Assembly (NCBI GenBank): GCA_001244265.2 | Contig: CDLV01000004.1 | Location: 2,356,001 to 2,420,000 of the forward strand | DNA length: 64,000 nucleotides | Source of the DNA: Microbotryum violaceum | Taxonomy: Eukaryota | Reading direction: 5' to 3' | Shown here: piece by piece, positions 1 through 11,689 of the stretch | How positions within the stretch are numbered: the first letter of the stretch is position 1 | How the letters are laid out: every line of letters begins with the position of its first letter | Notes under the pieces: generated by a model | The model's database searches: none | Seen by the model: the letters and a program-made list of their open reading frames with translations, nothing else | Told to the model about the DNA's origin: nothing | Program-made: the position numbers and the translations under genes

Positions 1-2010
1 CGAGCATGGCGGCCTCCTCGATCTCCTTGACAATGCTCTTGGGGCGAAGAGGAATCGGCTGTAGTACAGGATCTTTGTGTAGCAGTAGATGTTGATGATC
101 GAACACTTGGCTGCATATGGGAGATCGTACATCGGAATCGAGCGTATCCGAGCGATGGTCAAGGCCTTGACATCTTCCCAGCCCGCATCCTCGGCGATCT
201 CCACCCCGACCTGAATACCAAGGTAGCGAAACTGCGAATCGCTGAGACGCCAGGTCCCGATCTGGGGCGATCGACCGATCCCGAAAAGCTCCAAGGGGGT
301 AGAGGAAAGATTTGACGTTGCTGAGCTTGCTGGCACTTGCCCGTTCGTAAAGCTCGATCGCCCGATTGAGGTGGTCGAGGTCCGAGAGGTTGTGGAGTGC
401 GCAGCAAGCGTCGTCGGCAAAAAGGAGTTCGCGAACGTTTTGGAGGCCCGCAGTATCGATGCCCTTGACTCTGAATCGAATCTGACAGGCAAAACCTTCG
501 ATCGCCAGGACGAAGAGAGACGGAGCCAAAGGATCACCTTGCCGAATGCCCGACAGGATGTCGAAAGTGGCAGAGAGCCAACCGTTGAGGAAGATCGAGG
601 CAGATTGATTGGTGTAGGTCGCTCGGTACCATTGGCGGGCTTTGGGGCCGAGGCCAACGGCGCAGAGGACTGCATCAAGGTACGGGTGGGAAAGACGATT
701 GTAAGCCTTTTCAAAGTCCATCACCGCTAGCATGCCAGACACGGGTGTTGAGCCTGGAAGTCCAGGGTCCATGAGACATTGGACCTCAGCGATGTTCGTG
801 CCGATCCAACGGTTCGGAGCAAAGCCACGTTGGGTTGGGCCAATCAGGAACTCGAGCAGGGGAGCGAGGCGCTGGTTGTGGGCTTGCGAGATGATGCGCT
901 TGTCTGCATTGATAAGCGATATGGGGTGTTTGTTCGAGAGCTGATCCCTCTCGCCGCATTTGTGGATGAGATGGATGTGGGCGGTGTTGCGGGGAAGAGG
1001 TCCAGGCTGACGGGCCTCGGTGGGGATCGAGTTGATGACGTCTCGAAGAATTGGGCCAGTGGCCGGCCACGTAGCGCGATAGAACTCAACCGGGAGGCTG
1101 TCAGGCTCTGGCAAAGAGTTCGACTTACACGCCTCTTTGAGCCTTTGTCATCTCCTCCAACGGGTACGTTTCCTCGAGCTTGAATGAGTCCGCGGGGAAG
1201 AGGCGAGTTGGAGCGAGGCCGTCGGTGATCGCCTTCAGGGCCGCGTCATCGATGGGGCGGTCCTCATAGACCCGCTCGAAGTAGTCGCTGGCCGCTCCAA
1301 GCATCGAATCAGGGTCGGAATGAACATCATCGTTGACCGTGAGCGGAGGGATCAGGTCGGATGCTCGCACTTTGCGCAGGCGGATGAAGATGGAAGAGGG
1401 ACCCGCCAGAGATGGGTCGAGGCGGGACCGCAGGGCCGCGCCGTAGCGCGAGTGGTCAGCCCTCTCTTGCTCCGACCCGCCACGACGGAACCGAGCGAAA
1501 GTCCGGGCCAGAGCCTGCAGCTCGGGCAGCAGGCGGTGTTTGGTGGACGTCCAAGCTGCTGGTGGATCGTTGGGCGTCTGGAGGAGGGCTTTGTTGTAAA
1601 GGGTGCGGACAATGGAGGTGAGGTACTCGCAGGTCGCGTCGCCCTCGATCACGTGCAAACCCAGCTTGAATTTGCCCGGACCGATGTCAATTGTGCCCGG
1701 CACTTGGAACCGTGCCACAACCATCGAGTGCGTCGATTTGAAACAACGAACACAGTCAACAATACCATTTTGAATACGACGAATCGATCGGCCCAGTACC
1801 GGTGGCCTTACAGGAGCGCAGATTGGAGAAAAGAGAGGCACGCTTATGGTCTTCATTGATTGACTGCACATTGGTAGCAACAAAAGACATGTTTGGGATC
1901 TTAGTTGTGCTCATCATCTTGGTCCATAGCGTCTTCCACGTCCTTGGGAGGTGCTTCTTCGTCGGCCTCGTCGGCGGCGTTGGCGTCATCGGGTCGGGCT
2001 TTGGGCGCGG
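1..2010 (-). mobile_element. Degenerate non-LTR (LINE, L1/Tad-like) retrotransposon: ORF1 tail, partly deleted APE endonuclease and reverse transcriptase; runs off the window start
   Basis: Minus strand gives an APE-type start MSFVATNVQSIN (ATG 1890) and non-LTR RT motifs PDSLPVEFY, DFEKAYNRL, GIRQGDPLAPSLF, LLFADD; frameshift near 1130-1180. Confidence 0.9.
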
Positions 2011-2014
2011 CTAA

Positions 2015-3888
2015 GGGCAACGGTGTGGGCGAAGCGCGCCCTGGAACAGCACTCGAAGTACACCCTTGCAATGCAGAACCGAATTCCCACTGTCTTCACC
2101 TGCACGCACTTTGTTCGAGTCCCGCTCGAGCTGGCCAACGGGCTCTGGGCCGCAGGACCAACGTACACGGAGGTAGCGCCCCTCGGGAAGGACCTTGAGA
2201 TTATCTTGGGAGGCAACTTCATCTATTGGCACAAGATGGAGCTCGGCCTCTTCCCTCAGCCTCACCTCACCTGCAAAGCCAACCCCGTACACTCTATAGA
2301 CCTGCTGGCGCTGTCGTCCCAGCCGTGCGCCGCCGCGCGGTTGCCGCAATTGCTCCGGTTTTTGACGCCGAGGAGCAGCTCTGCCTTGCCGCGCTTGACC
2401 ATTGCCTCCGAGCGGAGTTTGCCGACCGTTTTCCTGCGGATATCCCGCCTGTACACTCGTACCAATCCCCGGTGCGACACAGCATCGAGCTTGACAAGCC
2501 GTCCACTGTCATCAACCTTCGAGGATACCCCTCCCGAAGAAATATCGCGAGGCATGGCACTTACTGCTACAGGAACATCTTGCGGCCGGTCGCCTCCGCC
2601 CCTCTCGGTTGTCATGCTCGTCACCCTTGTTCATCATCCCAAAGAAGGGCTGCGACATGGATCCCACGATCGCCCCGCGCTGGGTGAACGACTACCGCAA
2701 GCTCAACGAGCACACCATCAAAGACCGCACACCTCTGCCCTTGCCTGATGACATTCTCTCGATGTGCTCCAATGCGCAATTCTGGGCCAAGATCGACATG
2801 ACCAACTCCTTCTTTCAGACCAAGATGGTGGAAGAGGACATCCCTAAGATGGCCGTGTCCACACCTTGGGGTTTGTACAAGTAGACCGTCATGCCCATGG
2901 GCCTCTGCAATGCCCCTGCCACCCACCAACAACGTGTCAACAAGGCGCTCCAAGGCCTGCTTGGCACCATCTGCTTCGTCTACCTCAATGACATCACCAT
3001 CTTTGCGGATACACTGGAGGAGCATAAGGCCTGCGTTTGCCAAGTCCTGGAAGTGCTGCGCCGTGCCAAACTCTACTGCTCGCCAATCAAAACCAACCTT
3101 GCCACTGCGGAGTGTTCGTTCCTTGGCCACATCATCAACCACACCAGGGTGCATGCTGATCCCAAGATGATCCAGCGCATTGAAGACTGGGCACTACCCA
3201 AGACGGTCAAGGAACTCAGGGGTTTCCTCGGGCTGGTGCAGTATCTTTGCAAGTTCATCCCTGGCCTCGCTGAGCACACCACCGCGCTGACTCCCTTGAC
3301 ACGCCAAGGACTCTCATCTATTGCCACGCTCTGGACACCCAACGAGGTCCGCCACTTCAATGCCATCAAGGCCATCGTCACCCCACTCGACTGCCTTTGG
3401 CCGTCCGACCACTCCGCCAATGCCGTTCCGTTCTGGGTGATGACTGATGCGAGCAATCAGGGAATTGGTGGTGTCCTACTCCAGGGTCAGGAGTGGAAGA
3501 TGGCGCGCCCCATTGTGTACTGGTCCAAGCAATACATACCCGCTGAACGCAACTACCCCACTCACGAGCAGGAACTCCTTGCCATTGTCGAAGCACACAA
3601 GAAATGGCGCAACCAACTTGCTTGGCGGTCACTTCCACATCCTCACTGATCACTCCACACTTGAGCACTTCCAGACCCAGAGTACCGTTCTCTCTTGCCA
3701 ACAAGCCCGTTGGCTTGACACCTGGCCAAATTTGATTACAACCTTTGGTACCTGCCCGGCGAGGACAACATCGTAGCCAACGCCATGAGTTGATACTCCT
3801 TCACCAATCCACTGCCCACCCTAGTGGCCTGTGTCTCCCATGTCAAGCTTTCAAATGCTGTCAAGCAGCAGATCCTCAATGCGTACAA
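2015..3888 (+). mobile_element. Ty3/Gypsy pol relic (protease-RT-RNase H), truncated and hypermutated
   Basis: LEIILGGNF (protease), [33 protein letters not shown] (degenerate YLDD), MTDAS, EQELLA, LTDH; stops and frameshifts; no integrase. Confidence 0.92.
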
Positions 3889-4149
3889 TATTAGAAGTCT
3901 GGATCCCGACTCAGGGGGTTGAGTACGAGCACAAGATTGAGGATGGAAGATGGATGAAGAAGGAAGAGAGACGAGCGCCCGCAAGGCGCGCGACTTCGAC
4001 CCAAGCCAACGTGTCAACCAAGTCTCAATCAGGCACTGGGATCCGGCGTAGAGGGAATAGGCTAAAGAAGGAGTGCAAAGTAGGAGTGAAATAGTGGCAT
4101 GAGAAGTAAATAGGATTGAAAGAGAATCAAATATGATTGGGTTCTGACA
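3889..4149 (-). repeat. Probable 3' LTR of the Copia relic
   Basis: Minus strand: polypurine GGGGGG followed directly by TGTCAGAAC at 4149; distal end approximate (junction with Gypsy); no second copy seen. Confidence 0.55.
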
Positions 4150-5723
4150 CCCCCCATGCTTCCATGCCAGTCAAGCTGAGACATTGGTAGGCAAGAGTTG
4201 AAAGCGGTTAGGGGTGGTCCAGTCTGGGCGGGTGCGGGGTGGGGTTGACTTTGATGGTTTTGAAAAAGCGATGAAGGAACTGTGTTGGCTGGGGCGGGGT
4301 CGTGGCGGTGATTTGGACGTGTGCCATTCTTGGACGGGGAGTTTGCGAGTGGTTGCAAGGGTGACATTGAGACAATAGTGCTTGGACATGGTGGCTGTAG
4401 CTGTTGCAAAAATACCTGATTGGACGGTGCTGAGTTTGGCTCGACCCCCGGTGAAAGATGTGATGACGCCTTTGGAACCCATTTGGAAGACTGAGATGAT
4501 GTTGGTGGGAGCATTGGGCGCCAAGTGGACGTTGTTGAGTTGGACCAGAACTCCCCATTTGGTGCGGAGTTTGACTGAGCCAGTGCCTTTGACAGCTGTT
4601 TGGCCGCCGATGCCTACAATGTGATGAGATGAGGGTTTGAGTTGGCCGGAAAATAGGGAGCGGTCATTGACGATGTGGAAAGGCGAGGCTGAATCAAGGA
4701 GGAAGTCTGTCGGTTGAGTGGAATTTGGGGTGGCTGTGTGGAACAACAAGAAGAAGTTGTCAAGTTCTTGGGACAAAGGCGGCACCGTCACGTAAGGTGC
4801 CGGGGCGCAAATGGCTGCGAAGGATGAGACATTTTCGGGAGAGGTGGTTGACTTCTGGAGTTTTAAGTCTCAAAGTGCCGACTTGAGCTCGAAGTACTTG
4901 CGGCAACGGTCGGTGTCAGGGCATTGATCAGCCCAGTGTTTGCCTTCGTCGCATACTGGGCAGGGGCTAGAGGCTTCGTTTGGTCGCTGTGACCTCGCAT
5001 TGGATCAGTTGTGAGAGTTTGTTGCTGGCTGAGGAGACGCGACATATGTTGGAGTGGCGCCGTTAATGGGGTGTTCGCTCATTGATCTCACTTCACGGCA
5101 AAGGGAGAAGATGAGGTCTTCGATTTTTGGGAGCGTGGTGGCCGAGGCCTGACGCTGGTTGAAGGTAGACTTCCAATTGTTGTACAGTTGCGGCATGTAG
5201 AGGAGTAGGTGTGCGGTAAGGATTTGTTCGAAATCGATGTTCAGGTTTCTCATTGAGTTGACAATGATGCGGACATGACCAGCCCACTGATTGAAGCCGG
5301 ATTCGGTTGTGGGGATCGGCGGAAGGTTCCAGAAGTCGCCAACGAGGGTCGCGGCGGCTTGAGCGTCGCTGGGCGGTAGCGACTGGCAAGTTCGAGCCAG
5401 CACCCGTGTGCCGTGCCTTTCATCTGGCGAATCGGAATGATGTCCGAGGAGCAGATCGGATCAATGGAAGCGATGAGGACCCGCGATGCGTACTCTTGTC
5501 CGCGTGTGTAGTAGGCGTCGGTCCACTTCACCTTATCTCTGCCCCCGGTGAGGTAGTTGTAGACATTGTCCGGAAGGAACATGTTGAGAAAGCCGTCCCA
5601 TTCGACAAAGTTCTCGCGGCCTTTGAGCATGTAGGCTTCCGGGACGACAATGGTGGACGGCATGCCGTCGGTCGGTTTTTCTTGCTTGGCGGGCGTGCTG
5701 GCAGCCGATTGCGAAGCCTTCAG
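3889..5723 (-). mobile_element. Internally deleted Ty1/Copia element (gag, CCHC knuckle, protease; no IN/RT), interrupted by the Harbinger
   Basis: gag LKGRENFVEW; knuckle [14 protein letters not shown] near 4925-4965; Copia protease FLLDSASPFHIVNDRSLF...GTGSV...NIISV. Confidence 0.88.
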
Positions 5724-5929
5724 GGCCGAGTTCATTTCTGAAAATCGCGCGTTTTCTGTTCCTGCGGTTTAGTGTCGGTTTAGGCATTTTGAAATGAACG
5801 CCCCGCGCGCGCGCGTCCGATTTAGTCGCCTCTGATCGAAGGTGATGGTTGCCTCTCAGAGGCACTTCTCAGCGCGTCAATCCGCGCTCACTCGAACTAT
5901 CTCTTGGCTTTCGTTCTCAACTCCTCACA

Positions 5930-7839
5930 ATGGTCCGCAAAAGCGCTATTCAACGGAAACGTGATGATGTTCGCGTCGAGATCGAAGAAACGGAAAGGGC
6001 TCTTCGAGACCTCTTATCCCTCAACCAATCCATTCTGCTGGAGACTGACAAGGAGATGAAGTCCGACTTGTTGTCGGACGCGATGGACACCGACTCCGAC
6101 GCGTCGTTGCCTCCAGCCTCTTTCTCACCATCGGAAAACCTGCGATCCGCCAATGTTACCAACTGCACAGCTAATCGCTCTTCCATCCCGGAAACCCCAC
6201 TCGTTGATACTTGGGTTTCCCAATTCTGGCCCGAATCGCTCGAAGTGTCCGACGACCGGTCTGACCTTCTTGACAGGCTGAGGACGTTCCGCACCCATCA
6301 CTTTCGCATGAACTACCGCTTAATACAGGCTCTTCAGGACCACCTAGAGATGTTGGTCCGCAAAGAAGAAGAACTCGCGGGACAACGCTACGCGAATCGG
6401 GCAAAGAAATACGCCGGCAGACGACCCGGCCACGGGCTGATGAGGTGTTTGGATGTGGATTGCAATCGCGACCACGACCTTTTCTTGACGGATATTTGCA
6501 TGAGCAAGAAGGCATTCGACGAGTTACACAAAGCTGTGAGTTCCTTATGACCGTGTGATATCACAGGTGCTTTAGTCTGTGGCCTGAACGTCTTGCCCAT
6601 GTTTTGTCAGATAAAGGATCACGCCGTGTTCAAATCCCGAGGAAGAAAACCTCAGACACCGGCTAAAATCCAGCTCGCCGTCGCTTTATGGCGCTTTGGC
6701 GGCTACGGGAACAGGGCATCGGCAAAGGCGGCCGCTGAATGGTCCGGTCGCAGCATGGGATCAGTGGTCAAATTTACCTACAGAGTTCTGCTAGCGCTGA
6801 ACGAACCGAGTTTTAGTCGCCGAATCATACGTTGGCCCAATCAGGCGGAGCGCGAGCTGTCGAAAGCGTGGATGGAGAGCAAAACATGCCCTGAATGGAG
6901 GAACGGATGGTGCATGGCATAGTAGCGAGGGTTTGTTCTTGAATGAGTGTTGACGGCTCTCTCATTGAGCTGTCGCGCACGCCACAGTGGTTTGGCGCAA
7001 GCTTCACCAGTCGCAAATGCCGGGCCGCTCTCAATATTCAAGTGAGTCCTGCTTCTCTACACGCTATCTAGGCGCTCTGAACCAACCGCGCGCAACCTTC
7101 TTGCTTCCAGATTGTCAATACACCAGATGGACGCATCATTGATTATACTACTGGTTCGCCCGGGTCGGCCGCCGACGTCACCATTTGGAGACAATCGAGG
7201 ACTCACAATCTTCGAGAAACACTTTTGGATCCAGAAGACTTCGTTCTCGCGGACTCGGGCTATCCTTCGGAAAGCTGGGTGCTCAGTAAGCAGATGGTCT
7301 ATTTTTTTCCTGCAGGCGCCCAATATCTGACGAACTTGTTGTGCAATGCCTAAACCAGCTCCTTATTCCCGTGGGAGCGAGACTCTCGACAAAACAAGCG
7401 TTTCAATTACTATGTCTCACGTGCGCGCTGTCGATCCGAGCACACCATCGGCTATCTCAAGTCTCGGTTTCAGTCCTTGAAGCGGCTCGCGCTCCGCATC
7501 AACTCTAAAGACCAATTCGAAATTGCAAATTAGTGGGTTAGCGCATGCATCGTTGCACATCGATTCGCAACCGAGGTCGACTGGTTTGTGGGCAAGTTCG
7601 ATTACCATCGGCCAGTCGAACCTGAGGAACCAACACGCGAGCAATACGAACGCGCTCAGCGCAATGAAGCGGGAGCCAGCACCCCGGCTGATAATGATGA
7701 AACACAGCAGTTGGACTTAGACCAGGCAGCGAATCAGTCCAAAGCGGTACAGCGTCGGGCTGAGCTCCGCATAGCCAAGTCGATTCGAGATCGTAGACGC
7801 AGCGAAATACTGAGACATCATCCTTTGAGGAGACCATGA
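5930..7839 (+). pseudogene. Harbinger (HARBI1/DDE_Tnp_4-type) transposase, spliced, disrupted
   Basis: QLAVALWRFG, WCM[insert]VDGSLI, RKCRAALNIQ, LADSGY, EHTIGYLKSRFQSL; GT-AG intron 6536-6610; 32-bp insertion at 6917, frameshift near 7395, in-frame TAG near 7531. Confidence 0.9.
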
Positions 7840-7960
7840 GCTTGCCATGTTCTCTGATGTGATGTCATTGTAATTACAAATTGAGTCATATCTTGATAAC
7901 CAACGAGTCTTGCCTGATGTGAAATGACAATTCCTACCTATATATACCATCTGCTCATCA

Positions 7961-10400
7961 TCATGAGGCACTTCCAATGGCATAGCTTTCCTCACCGCGC
8001 AGGAACCGGTCAACATCGGTGACTAAGCGGTACTGGGCCTGCACTTCAGCGGGCCATGACAAAACTTCCTTGAAATAAAACTTGCTTCGTTCCATCTGCA
8101 ACTGGTCAAGCGCTCTTCGGTTGGCAAGATTGTCCTTCGCTGCCTGGGTGCGAGCCCAAGTCGCGTCGCAAGCTTGCATGAGATCGGCCTGGCTGTTGGC
8201 AAGGAAGCGCGAGTGCGCATCCAAGACGTTCTCGACTCGGTTGTCACCATTGGGCTGGGATCGGGGTCGCGACGTAGATGATTCTCCTGAGCGGCGAGGT
8301 CGCATGTCCGATTTGCCATCTCGAGCACGCTTTTTCCCGCGACTAAGGAGCATGGGTCTGCCAACCGGTCAGCCTGCTCGTCGGCTCGAACTGAGGGCTG
8401 CGGAACGATGGGCGGCGCACTGACCTAGGTTTGCTGGTAATGGTCTGATCTGAAGGCACATCATTCTCTTCCTGATTGAAAGTTGTTTCCTCGGCTCTGA
8501 TTGCGACACTTGGCGGAGAAGTATAAGATCGGCCTCTCGACGACGCTCCCGGTTCCGAGCCGTACCTGTCGGCGGTCGTCAAGGGGTGATTGGCAGCCTG
8601 CAAAATGTCCCAGATGCCCGTATCCGCTATTAAGTCGATAAAGACCTAAAATAGTTACTCCAAAGAATACAGTGAAGCTTAATCCAATTGACACTACAGC
8701 ACTTGTTCCAATAGCAAATGAGTATGGAACGTTACCAATAAGATTTCCAATAAGAATGAAAAAGAATAGCGCGTAAATAAGGGTATTAAGACTTCGTTGG
8801 CTGAGCCAATTTGTTCTTTAACCATTCCGTGTAATGAAGCATATGAAGATTCTAAACCAATTGATCATCGACTTGGTACTAATCGTCGTTCATTTGAGCC
8901 TTGGTAAGGGATTTTTTTCCTTTAACTTCTCACACGTTCCCGACTCTTTAGTTTTTTTTATCTTTTTTGTTGAAAAAGAGTCAGTGGCACATCTACCGCG
9001 GTCTTAGAGCGTGGATACTAACGATGTGGTCATCTTCTTCTTCTTCTTCCGTGTCCTCCGGTATGTCCTCCCCTCAGAGCTCCTGGCCTCATCAGTTACG
9101 AGATCTCCGGTCTCAGAGGCTGGCCAGTCCGAGGTCGGGAAAGTGGTTGAGTCGTTGTCCGAGAGCTCCATATTGTGATCACCAGTCGCCCCTTCGAGAT
9201 GGCTTGTAATCTCGTGGAGCCTAGCCGCCTGCCCTTTCGAAACTTCGAGCGTTCGCGCGAGCAACGCCGAGGATGACCCATCGGAATCCAAGTTCGACGT
9301 CTTAGTTTCACCCAAGTGGGGGTTGCCTTGTCCACAGAGTTGTAACATGTCCCAATAGGAAGCGTAGGAAGCCATGGTGGTAGCTGTAAAACTGTTGATA
9401 AGGCCAACTTGTCCAACTAGCCATCTAATCGCAAAACGTACTGTACCTCTCTCGGACAGCGGGGTCATTGATCGTCTCGAGGTCGGCGGGAGACGTGAGA
9501 CCTTGACCGGTTTCACCCAGCTGTTCACGAGCCTTCCTGTACTTTGCTTTCTCTCTGCAGCGGGCGTTCAACTCTATCAGCTCTTGCCGGATCGGAAGTC
9601 TGATTCAAGCTGGAGAACTACCGTTTCCACCATCCTATTGCGCGTTCGATAATAATTTTCTTTTCAGGCCGGCCCGAGCTGTGGGCCTTCGCGTCGGGGC
9701 TAAAGAAATGCGCCATGTCCGGGCGCTCGCTGTACACCCCTTCCATCATCTACGATAGTTCAAACGAGAAGTAAGACGCGTACCAGAGAGATCGACGTCG
9801 GATGCATGCGAGTTGGCAACTCAAGATTTTACCTCATACAACGCGTTGTCGCGCTTCTTGTTGTAAGTGGGGTTGCGCTTTCCTTTTTCGGTCGCCGGAG
9901 CGTGTTTAGTTAGGGTGGCCGCGACAATGTCGTGTTGCTTGAGAAACTCGAAATAGAGCGGCGCGTCGGAATCTAACCTTGCGGGAAAGTCTTCCGATTT
10001 CGACGACTTCGTCAATAGGGTCGGGGAAGACGTTTTGGCCGGCGGAGTCGTTTTGGTCCGCTTCGAGGTTTGCGACGAGCTCAGACTCTGTCGCTTCTCA
10101 GACCCCTTGCGAACCTTGGCCTTGGCTTCGGAGGTTCGCATGAGCATTTACACGTTGCCAGTTTCCGTCAGCTCTTTGCTTGATACACGCCAGTACGATG
10201 ACCGATACATACTTTTGACGGGGTAAGGGGCGCCCTCCGAGGATGAGGACGACGAGGGGGGCCTGTTGCTTTGACGCGCCGGGACGGGCCCTTGCCTCGC
10301 TTGCAGCAGTTTCGAGGGTACCCGATCTGGGAGCAGTTGTAGAGCGGCGAGACGTGAGTTGAAGTGCCCCCCTCCCAGGTGCAGAATCACAGCAAAGCAA
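7961..10400 (-). pseudogene. Putative second (DNA-binding, Myb/SANT-like) Harbinger ORF, degraded
   Basis: Fragmented, intron-containing, charged ORFs convergent with the transposase inside the TIRs, the usual two-gene Harbinger layout; domain not directly recognised; start approximate. Confidence 0.5.
8636..8900 (-). pseudogene. atp6: NUMT: mitochondrial ATP synthase subunit a fragment
   Basis: LVPSR(TGA=W)SIGLESSYASLHGMVKEQIGSANEV/LIYALFFFILIGNLIGNVPYSFAIGTSAVVSIGLSFTVFFGVTILGLYR; AT-rich; needs mitochondrial code; one 1-bp deletion. Confidence 0.93.
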
Positions 10401-10901
10401 GCTCACACTTGGTCGGCTGCGAACGACGTGTGGACGACGTCGGGTCGGGTCGCGTCCGCTTAGCTTTCAGATGGGTATCGCCTCGCGATCTTGGAGGCGG
10501 TGGTGACGAAGAAAAAGCAACGCTAGACGATCGAGTGCGCATCATAAATTAAGAATGGGACTTCCGTAAACGAAGGAAATGTTCCAATAGTGCAAAAGTG
10601 AAGTGTGGTGAAACGCGAAAGGGATGATGGTTGGAGCTCAAGAACAGTCGGGCGCGTCGACGCGCGAGACCGTCTTCCCGCTGCCTGGGAATCAGCACCG
10701 AACGTGAACCACAAACAACATGCCATCATAGCCATAAGTATATAGTTTTTGAATAACAAAAAGATAAGATGCGTATAACATTCTTAGTCGGTCTAGGATG
10801 CATGAGAGTGTATTGAGGAACATTATAAGTCTGTTGTCACTGCATTGACTCGGAGGCTGTGATTCATCATATGGCTGGCTCGAGTTTGGACGCCGGGGAC
10901 C

Positions 10902-11050
10902 TTAAACCGTTGCTTAAACCGCGTTAAACCTGCTCGCGAGCAGGTTTAACGCAAGCGGTTTAAGAGCGGTTTAAGGCGGTTTAGCAACGGTTTAGTGGAA
11001 GCGCGCGCGTCGCTAAACCGGACTAAACCGCTCTAAACCGCTCTAAACCG
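10902..11050. repeat. Harbinger subterminal TAAACCG/CGGTTTA array with a perfect 32-bp palindrome
   Basis: Many TAAACCG/CGGTTTA units; GCGTTAAACCTGCTCGCGAGCAGGTTTAACGC at 10921-10952; CGGTTTAG also at the left end (5765-5783). Confidence 0.88.
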
Positions 11051-11077
11051 GTCGCGCGCGAAGAAATGAACTCGACC

Positions 11078-11400
11078 CAGCTGGCAGGCTGCAGCTGGTA
11101 GGCTGGGCGTCGTTTGCTCGAGATGCACAGTATTTCCGCGCGACTAAGATAGGGAGGAGTGTTTACGTGAGGACTTTATGTGTAAGAAGAAAGAGAGAGG
11201 GGGGAAAGACCAGTGAGCGTGTGAAGCTCTGAGGAAAGGAGCTGCTTTCAGGGGCATTCGTGAGTTTGCCGGTGTAGCCCGTCCAACGACGAGTGCCTGC
11301 GAGTTTTGGCGCGGCCCCAGAGGGCTTTCGCCGAATGTTTGAATTTTCTCGAATAAGGGTGCTAACGATTGCAGGCCTAAGGAACACTACAGCTCACCCA
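11078..11400 (-). mobile_element. 5' continuation of the Copia relic (gag N-terminus/leader)
   Basis: Removing the Harbinger and one CAG restores an open frame ...HLEQTTPSLPAAACQL-KASQSAAST...; outer limit uncertain. Confidence 0.6.
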
Positions 11401-11689
11401 TGTAGTGATTATGCCATTACCGCATAAGTATTCTAGTCAGCAAGAAAAAAACGTTTGCTCCACCCTATGATATTTATTGCAAGCTACGCTTGCTGCCTCG
11501 TGACGATCGGCGTAAGGTTTAACCGCTGACACGGGCGCGGAGCGGCACAGCGGGGAAGAACCCCGATGTAGCAACTACTGCATTGTCCGCCTCGTCTCAC
11601 CCGCCAGAAGTACTATAGACCTGTACATACATCATACTACATTCCCCAGAGTGATACATCACATATTGCAAGAGATACAGGCCTCTACA

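Larger units (their letters stand above)
5724..11077 (+). mobile_element. PIF/Harbinger DNA transposon with both ends, 5354 bp
   Basis: TIR GGCCGAGTTCATTTCT (5724-5739) vs AGAAATGAACTCGACC (11062-11077), 15/16 inverted match; flanking CAG at 5721-5723 and 11078-11080; convergent transposase and second ORF. Confidence 0.92.
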
